Part shown: positions 27,564 through 34,541 of the stretch, piece by piece | Position numbering within the stretch: position 1 is the first letter of the stretch | Layout of the letters: every line of letters starts with the position of its first letter | From: Candidatus Poribacteria bacterium | GTDB taxonomy: Bacteria; Poribacteria; WGA-4E; UBA9662 | Reading direction: 5' to 3' | Assembly: GCA_046582655.1 (NCBI GenBank) | Contig: JAYGDX010000024.1 | Coordinates: forward strand, 1 to 34,541 | Length of the DNA: 34,541 bases | The notes under the pieces: generated by a model | What the model saw: the letters and a program-made list of their open reading frames with translations, nothing else | What the model was told of the DNA's origin: nothing | Databases searched by the model: none | Program-made: the position numbers and the translations under genes

Positions 27564-29491
27564 ATGGAAGAACGACTACAACAGAAATCACCTGACGTCA
27601 CTTTACGTGCTCTAGCCATTGGATGCATTTTAATTCCACCCAACTGCTATTAGGTGGCTCAAAGTGAAGCGGTTTGGGGCACCACCTATTTGACTATAGT
27701 GTCCCTCTTTTTTAATGTCACGTTTACCCTATTAGTCCTTGTTGGACTCAACGCCTTGACCAAGCAATTCGCGCCAAAGGTCGCGTTAAAGCAAGAAGAA
27801 TTGCTTACCATCTACGTGATGCTATGCTTGGGGTCTAGTGTAGCGGGAAACAATTTCCTCGAAAACCTGGTGTTGTCATTGGGTCACGCTTTTTGGTTCG
27901 CCACCCCTGAGAATGCATGGTCTGAACTGTCCTTTCGGTTTGTGCCCGATTGGTTGGCGGTCAAGGACAAAATTGCCTTACACGGGTTCTATAAAGGTCA
28001 GTCCAGCATCTATACCATAAAACATATCGTCGTCTAGCTGGAACCACTGGTTTTCTGGACCTGTTTCGCCATCGTGTTGATATTCACTTTATTGTGCGTC
28101 AATGTCCTCATCAGAAAAGCTTGGGTGGAACAGGAAAAGCTTTCTTATCCAATCATCCAATTACCGTTGGAACTGACGCGAAACGGTACGGGAAGCGTTC
28201 TGTTTTCAAATCGACTGTTTCTATTCGGATTTAGTCTGACCACAATGATTACTTTGCTCAATGGGCTACATTTTCACTATCCTACGGTGCCCAACCTGAG
28301 TTTGCGGACGGAGATTGGGCATTTAAACCCTTCAGCGCCATTGGCTGGATGCCTGTTGTAATTTACCCATGGATTGTTGGTCTCGTGTTTTTTATTCCGC
28401 TTGACCTGTCCTTCTCAGTTTGGTTTTTCTATCTCTTCGCCAAAGCACAACGCGTCACGGCTAGCATCGTCGGATGGCGGAGTCTCCCCGGCTTTCCTTA
28501 TTTCAATCAACAAACAACGGGAGGATGGCTGGGACTTTGTCTTATCGCATAATGGTTAACTCGTAGGCATTTGAAGCATGTTTTCGTACAAGCGTTGAGA
28601 TTTCGTGTGATAACAGAGCCTGCCCAAATGGAGTCGAGAAACTATCGAATGGCGCTAATAGGGTTTCTCTCAGGGTTATCTTTCTTAGTCATATTCTGTG
28701 TGGCAGGTGGGATGTCTTTTTGGATAGCGATCACGTTTTTCGTTCTGTTGGTCGGTTTAGAGACAACAGTCACACGAATACGAGCAGAACTCGGTCCGCC
28801 GCAACACGAATTAGCGTAGGTTGGCCCAGACACCATCTTGGTAACGACACTGGGGGCACGGCGTTTGGGGGGCAGAGATCTAACAATGCTGACTTATCTA
28901 TACTTCACCGACCGAGCACTGGCAAGCCACCCGATGCCACATCAGTTGGAAGGTTTCAAGATAGCCGAACGTGTTGGCATCCGTCCCAAAAGACTTGCAA
29001 TTGCGATGATGATGGCGATCACAGTCGGGGTTGTCTCCGCTTTATGGGCGTTGCTACATTCCGCTTACAAAACGGGTATCGCTTCAGGGTTTGCAGGATA
29101 TGTCGGCATACCGTGGGAATCCTTCCGTCGGCTGGCGGGATGGATGCATTACCCAGGTAACACAAACTCCGCTGAGCTTGCGTTCATTGGAATCGGTTTG
29201 ACCTTCTCGTTGACCATGATGCTCCTCTGATTCCGATTTTTATGGTGGCCATTACATCTGGTTGGATATGCTTTATCCACGAGCGGATGGGTGATCAATT
29301 TCATCTGGTTCTCATTTTGGGTGAGTTGGTGGATTAAGTGGATTATCCTAAAACATGGCCACTTCAAAGCGTACCGCAACGCAACTCCCTTTTTCTTTGG
29401 TCTCATCGTGGGAGAGTACGCGATAGGCTGCTTTTGGAACCTTCTAGGAATAACGTTTGGATTTCAAACTTACGGCTTCTTTGAATCTTGA
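27564..29491 (+). pseudogene. DUF6785/DUF6784-like membrane protein, paralog 4 (inactivated)
   Basis: Colinear with paralogs 2 and 3 from MEERLQQKSPDVTLRALAIGCILIP to YGFFES*. In-frame stops at 27651, 28035, 28550, 28817 and 29228, plus a frameshifting deletion near 28325. Confidence 0.92.
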
Positions 29492-29504
29492 AAATCGATG
29501 AATC

Positions 29505-29633
29505 AGAAGAAGGGGAATTGGGAAATGGAAGGAGGGAAGGAAGACGGAAGGGAAAATGAGTTCATTCGTTCATTGGCGCACTACGCATCGTGTTTTACGT
29601 TTTACTGCGCCACGTTTCACACATCACTTACGC
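29505..29633 (+). repeat. Low-complexity bipartite intergenic tract: GGAAG-rich segment, then degenerate TTTCACG/TTTTACG-like units
   Basis: GGAAATGGAAGGAGGGAAGGAAGACGGAAGGGAA followed by CACTACG CATCGTG TTTTACG TTTTACT..CACG TTTCACA CATCAC TTACG. Confidence 0.5.
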
Positions 29634-29647
29634 AAAAGGAAACAAAG

Positions 29648-30973
29648 GTGAATGCAACACAGCATTTGAAAAATGACATGCTCGAAGCGGGTGAAGGCAT
29701 TGTGGATATCACGCCACCCCTAGGAATAGAATTAGCCGGTTACCATCGACAACCAGGAAATAAGCGTCTCATTACCAGGATTCGGCAGCCCACATCGACG
29801 CGGGCGTTAGTCCTACGGCTAAAAGCGGTTGAAACTGCCATCGTTTCCATAGAAGTTGGTGCTGTTTCACGCGACTTTGTGAAGCGCGTGCAGGCTCGGG
29901 TTGCAAATCAAGTGGAATTTCCGGCGGAAAATGTGCGTATCTGTGTCACCCATACCCACTCAATGCCCACATTGCGCTATCTCCGGCAATGGGGTGCGAT
30001 ACCCCCAAAGGCCTTATATAGACGCTCTGGAAAACAGCGTTGTTCAAGCGGTTGAGTTCGTGAAGAAAGACCTTGCACCAACGGATTTATATGTGGGCAA
30101 AGCACATGCAGTTGGAGGAAATTTCAATCGCACCTCAGAAACGTGGAAGACGGATGAACTGTTCACAAAAACATCTACGGACAAAGAGAGATGGCTGGAC
30201 ACAATGTTGCACGTCCTGCATTTCCACCAGGGGGAACCCAAGCGGGGACTCCTATGGTATCACTTTTCTGCTCATCCCGTCTGCCACGGGGATGGAAATG
30301 CAGGTCCTGATTGGCCGGGCACCGTTTCAGAGCAGACCAGGTCAGGAGATGGTCTTGCCCCAGCGTTTCTGCAAGGGCACTGCGGTGACGTCAACCCAGG
30401 AGATGGGACACCGCCGTGGCGAGGAGGGGATCCTGAAAAAGTCTCAGTATCGATTTACGCCGCTTTGCATCGTGCTCTCGACCATGCAAACCGCGTCAAG
30501 GTTTCCGAACTCCGAATAAGCAGTGCAGATATTGAAGTGCCACTCGATATCAAATTATTGAAAGCTCAATTGGCAAAGTACAAGGAAAATCCGTCTCAAT
30601 GTGCTTCTGGTGAGTGGGTCGATTCCCGATTTGCACAAGACTGGTTTGAAGGTGCAAAGAGATGGGATTTGCAGCAGACCAGCTATATTACCGATTTCGG
30701 TGACACAATTAGGTGAGGTGGGGTTGCTGTTCCATCCCGCCGAACTCAGCTACTATGGATTAGAGATTCGCCGTGATTCACCATTTGAGAATACCCTAGT
30801 CTTCGGGTATACAGACGACTTCATCGGATACCTCACCGATCCAAACGCCTACGAGACGAGTGAATACGCAGCTATTGTTGTGCCGAAAATCACTGATCTC
30901 CCACCGTTTACGTCAGAGGGCTGCGCGAGTTTTTACCATGGCGGCTAAGGCCTTTCTACAAAAGGTCACATGA
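29648..30973 (+). pseudogene. Neutral/alkaline ceramidase-like amidohydrolase, frameshifted
   Basis: AG..VDITPPLGIELAGY, ICVTHTHSMP, FNR, FSAHPV, FLQGHCGDVNP, FGYTDDFIGY, YE, spread over several frames with shifts near 30010, 30690 and 30930. Confidence 0.82.
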
Positions 30974-31058
30974 GAGTCCTCGTCAAAAAAGAACCCGATC
31001 TTGAGGTTAGGGTAACTTCGCCCATCAGAACAGCGAGTGAGGCATCTGGTTCAGAGAA

Positions 31059-31853
31059 CTACTGGCCTTTCAGGTGCCCCAAGTGACGGCTAGCTTCGAG
31101 ATTTTGGTGAGGCAACGGTAAGAACTGCCCCACGTAGACCGTTAGGGGACTTGAATATGGTTTGAATCTCTTTTAAAGAGAGAGCCGTATCGAAAACTGC
31201 TGCTTCGTCAATGACTCCAGCCATCTAGTGAACATCCTTGGTGTCCCCACAAACGCCGATTGAAAGCAACTTGTTGCTGGGGGGCAAATCCGAATTCGGT
31301 CCCGGCTTGCTCTCTACGACGAATTCCCCATCCTGATACAACCGTGAAGCCTTTCCGTCGTAAGTCGCGACGACGTGCGTCCATTTCTTGTCTTTGACCT
31401 CGCCGCCCTTCACTTCCCGGCATGGTTGACACTGTGCCCATATGGCGTACCAATCGATCGTGGTTCCATTGATACGGAGCGCATGGGTGCCAAGAGCTTA
31501 GGCAACCAGTCGTATTGTTCCATAATGGACTTCGTTCCTGCAATATTGTCAGCTTTCACCCATGCCATCAAAGTGATGTGCTTCGGAGTGAGTGTGTGTT
31601 CAAGATCCGGGATTTCGATATGACCCGTCGCGCCGTCGAACCGAACCGCTGAGCCAAATTTTCCTACTTTTTCCCATTTGACGCCACCGACGAACTCACC
31701 GTCATGCTTGTAACCGTTTTGTGCCTTCACAGTGTCACCCTTATTTTCGTCAAAGAGCCATACTCCGACGACTTCCGCTGACGCCATCCCGGCAGAGATG
31801 ACGCACATTCCTAATACAACCAACAGCAAGATAAAACTTTGTACAGACCACAT
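31059..31853 (-). pseudogene. Secreted LamG-like jellyroll (concanavalin A-like) protein, disrupted
   Basis: AAGGAG RBS, signal peptide MWSVQSFILLL..ASA, VGVWLFDE..G, GKFGSAVRFDG, ITLMAWV, WTHVVATYDG..RLYQDG, H*MAGVIDEAAVFD, C-terminal KLAVTWGHLKGQ*. Frameshifts and a TAG at 31225-31227. Confidence 0.88.
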
Positions 31854-31982
31854 GAATATTCTCCTTTCGATAATTAGCATACCTTCTGCGAGCTTACTTT
31901 CACCTGAGACGTAGGCGATAGAAGCGCTCGATCGTACTTTATTCAAAAACTTTAAAACTCTGATTATATTGCGTTAATAGAA

Positions 31983-32473
31983 ATGTTAACAATTTTTAAA
32001 AGGATTGCTACTGACCCGGACTTGGAATGGAAGTTTATCTATGGCAGTATGATCAAGACTCACCAACATAGTAGTGGTGCGTCTTTTGCAGCGAAATCGG
32101 CTATGGAAAAGTCGATAACTGGTAACAGCAGAAAAATCCATATGGCGTTTGATTCCTTCGGGTTACCCATCAAGAATAACAAGTGGACAAGTTCACGGTT
32201 GCTTATATAGGGTCTGACAGCAACCCCTAAGAGAACAAATTAAGAAAGCCAATTCCATGCCCATTATTTCCAAAAAGAGAAATTCAAAAAAGGGGAAATC
32301 AGGAGTTCGATTGGTACCTTTATAAATACTGCCATATTGTAGAGAACACATTTGCCCGGTTAAAGTATTTTCGTTTGATGCAACTAGATCTGATAAATTG
32401 AAGAGGAATTTGAAGGTATGTTGGCCTTAGCCTGCACCTTGATTTGGTGGCTATTATGAAAGGTCAACAGCCC
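31983..32473 (+). mobile_element. Decayed IS5-family (IS427-like) transposase relic with right end
   Basis: FKRIATDPDLEWKFIYGSMIKTHQHSSGA..KIHMAFDSFGLPI..ITSGQVH, then FDWYLYKYCHIVENTFARLKYFR..ATRSDKLKRN..MLALACTLIWWLL*. End sequence AAGGTCAACAGCCC followed by TA. Confidence 0.85.
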
Positions 32474-33861
32474 TAATGATCCAACACTTTTTTTAGGTAG
32501 TCAACAACTTTTTTCTGACCATTGTAGCTGGCCCAATCTAAAGCATCGGAATCATACCGAAGGTCTCTAATCGATAAATCAGCTCCCCGCTCCACCAGAA
32601 ACTGTACAACCTTTAGTTTGCCAGTGAAAGCGACATGATGAAGGATAGTAGCAGGTTCATGCAGACTCCAATCCCCGTTAATATCCGCACCTCGATCAAC
32701 CAGGTAGGTTGCTATTTCCAGATGTTCATTCATACAGGCTAAGGCCAGTGCTCGAACCAGCACACGATCGGAAGCCTCAATCCCCTCCCCTTCCGGATAA
32801 ACCAATGCCGCATGTTGTTTTAATTTTCCCTGATTGTCAAAAAAAGAGCGAACTTTTTTTGTGTTCCCAATACCCGCAGCCGTTGGTAGATTTTCCGCCG
32901 GTTGCCATAAATTCCAGAGAAGTTCGATCATCTGCCGATTGCCATAATCAATAGCATAAACCATAGCATTTGATTCTGGTCTCGGATCAACATCAGCCAC
33001 GCAAGCACCCGCATCAAGGAGTGCTTTAGCAAACTTATACCCATCGGAATACGCAGCCAATTCCAAAAAATCTATCTGGCGTCGCAGATGTCGCTGGCTC
33101 AATAGTGATGGTTCATCACGCAACACCTGTTGAAAATCCTCCAGATTGTCTTCCTCCACTGCTTGCATCATTTTGACCACCTGAGCGAGTTCCCATATCG
33201 TCGTAGATCCCGGAACGCAGACAGATCCACGATGCACAATCATGTAATCGAGGAATTCTTTTTTCCCCCAACCACCGATCTGACCTGCGAATTTAGCATC
33301 TATTACCATGGCCTTTTCCAAAAGGAAGCCGGCTGCGCATTTCCGTCCCAAGCGACAAGCATATCGGAAAGCGTCTGCCAGAAGAAGTTCATCGGTGATC
33401 ATCTGACCGTGAAGTGGATCATATTTATCGCTCGACCAGTCTGCCGGCGGGGCTGCATCGGGTTTCAATTTCCCTTGATTAAACCAAGTCTTGATCTCTC
33501 GCACTTTTCCAATGGTCGCACTAGTACGAAGACAAGGTGGAAGTTTTCCATGCAGATGAATCATATCAACCATTGGAACATCTGCGGTATGAATGGCACG
33601 CGTGCAAAAACTAGCCTCCACTTGAGCCCCATGATTGATCAAGGTTTCAGCGCATTCCAGCGTCGACCAAAATTCCGGTTTATCACCGACGAAGTTGGCA
33701 TAAGAAAGGGTGTGATGAAGCAAAGTTTGGGAACGATCATCTGGGTTTGGAAAGGTGACTAATTCAGGATGCTCGGTGAGCAATTGATTCAGTGCTGAAG
33801 CATCCTTCCGTGCAATACAGTTCTCTGCTTGCTTGAACAGCTGCTTTTCCTCATCTCTCAT
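32473..33861 (-). CDS. Ankyrin repeat protein
   Basis: TLLHH..AETLINHGA, FAKALLDAGA..AMVYAIDYGN, ALALACMNEHLEIATYLVDRGADIN, TILHHVAFTGKLKVVQFLVERGADLSIRD..ALDWA. GGAGG RBS before ATG 33861; the ORF track starts at 33960. Confidence 0.88.
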   Translation of the reverse strand: MRDEEKQLFKQAENCIARKDASALNQLLTEHPELVTFPNPDDRSQTLLHHTLSYANFVGDKPEFWSTLECAETLINHGAQVEASFCTRAIHTADVPMVDMIHLHGKLPPCLRTSATIGKVREIKTWFNQGKLKPDAAPPADWSSDKYDPLHGQMITDELLLADAFRYACRLGRKCAAGFLLEKAMVIDAKFAGQIGGWGKKEFLDYMIVHRGSVCVPGSTTIWELAQVVKMMQAVEEDNLEDFQQVLRDEPSLLSQRHLRRQIDFLELAAYSDGYKFAKALLDAGACVADVDPRPESNAMVYAIDYGNRQMIELLWNLWQPAENLPTAAGIGNTKKVRSFFDNQGKLKQHAALVYPEGEGIEASDRVLVRALALACMNEHLEIATYLVDRGADINGDWSLHEPATILHHVAFTGKLKVVQFLVERGADLSIRDLRYDSDALDWASYNGQKKVVDYLKKVLDH

Positions 33862-34050
33862 TATAGAATCTTGTTCCTCCAATTGGTCGCTAAATATATT
33901 CTTCGTTTGATTCACACCACAGTCAGCAGAACTTAAGCTATTATGTGCGAAAAGCTCCATTCTAGGTTACAATTTATCCACTCACAGGCTTTTTTTCTAT
34001 TATATCACGTCAGAAATTATCTCTTAAAGTTTCAACCTGAAAGCCATAGG

Positions 34051-34361
34051 ATGGAAAATTAGATACATATTTGAACCTTTGTACTCAGTATTATGACCTC
34101 GATAAACCTGACGCACCAGATGATGCCTTTACATTCTATCTGCAATATGCCAAAAGAATTGGAGGAAAGGTTTTGGAACCGATGTGTGGTTCTGGAAGAT
34201 TTTTGATTCCAATAATGGAACTCGGATTTGATATAGAAGGTTGCGATGCTAGCCAATCTATGCTGGAGGCACTGTATATAAAGTGTAAGAATAAGAAAAT
34301 CAAGCCTAAAGTTTGGCAAGGTTTTGTTCAAGACTTAGATAAAAATAATATTTATAATCTA
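34051..34361 (+). pseudogene. Class I SAM-dependent methyltransferase, interrupted by an IS
   Basis: VLEPMCGSGRFLIP..GFDIEGCDASQSML (motif I and following). Coding similarity ends at YNL, exactly at the IS junction. ATG 34051 is out of frame with the body. Confidence 0.85.
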
Positions 34362-34541
34362 GGGCCTGTTAACATTCACGCCAACCAGATGATGGTACAT
34401 ACCAAGTTGAGCCTAGACATGAAGTTGCGATCAAGCTTTTCATAGCGCCTGGCAATACGGCGAAACTGTTTAATTCTATTGAAGAAACGCTCCACCAGGT
34501 TGCGGTCTTTGTACCAGTCGATGATCAGACTCTTGTTGTTG
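34362..34541 (-). mobile_element. Right end of an IS5-family (IS427-like) element, continuing beyond the window
   Basis: Minus strand encodes WYKDRNLVERFFNRIKQFRRIARRYEKLDRNFMSRLNLVCTIIWLA*. IR GGGCCTGTTAACATTCA (34362-34378) matches the IR at 1970-1986 at 16/17 positions. Junction lies within CTAG at 34359-34362. Confidence 0.92.

Noticed and set aside
27564..29491. Stop-codon readthrough or alternative genetic code (several in-frame TAG at Trp-like positions)
   Set aside because: TAA and TGA stops and a frameshifting deletion occur in the same gene, and intact genes here end in TAG (sodC, sulfatase, pta). Ordinary pseudogenisation explains it.
1..34541. CRISPR array, rRNA, tRNA, prophage or recognisable defence genes
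   Set aside because: No regularly spaced repeats, RNA-gene signatures, or phage/defence protein motifs seen by eye. A covariance-model scan was not possible.

Overview
Bacterial window with no rRNA, tRNA or CRISPR array that I can see. By inference it comes from Ca. Poribacteria or a relative: there is a LamG protein with a C-terminal KLAVTWGxLK tail, four paralogous large membrane proteins resembling DUF6785/DUF6784, sulfatases and an ankyrin protein. Intact genes: Cu/Zn SOD, penicillin-acylase-family Ntn hydrolase, an AT-rich secreted protein with LpxR/Ntox23-like catalytic motifs, three DUF6785-like membrane proteins, aldehyde dehydrogenase, a 40-aa membrane microprotein missed by the ORF track, a sulfatase-like enzyme with Thr at the formylglycine position, Pta, GGT-family protein, DUF362 protein, M3B oligoendopeptidase F, TIGR03032 protein and an ankyrin protein. 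The window is heavily eroded. It holds five decayed IS4/IS5-type transposase relics, small relics of a sulfatase, a GGT and a TIM-barrel isomerase, and a run of pseudogenes from 25.9 to 34.4 kb (BNR/sialidase, a fourth DUF6785 copy, ceramidase-like amidase, LamG, SAM methyltransferase). Most interesting: (i) a ~65-80 aa module inserted three times into the LpxR/Ntox23-like protein; (ii) the DUF6785-like paralog array among cytoplasmic amide/peptide hydrolases, a candidate uncharacterised import-and-hydrolyse system; (iii) an exact 23-bp duplication that places the SOD C-terminal catalytic motif at the N-terminal lipobox position; (iv) the TxPxR sulfatase coupled to pta. Family names come from motif recognition, not database searches.
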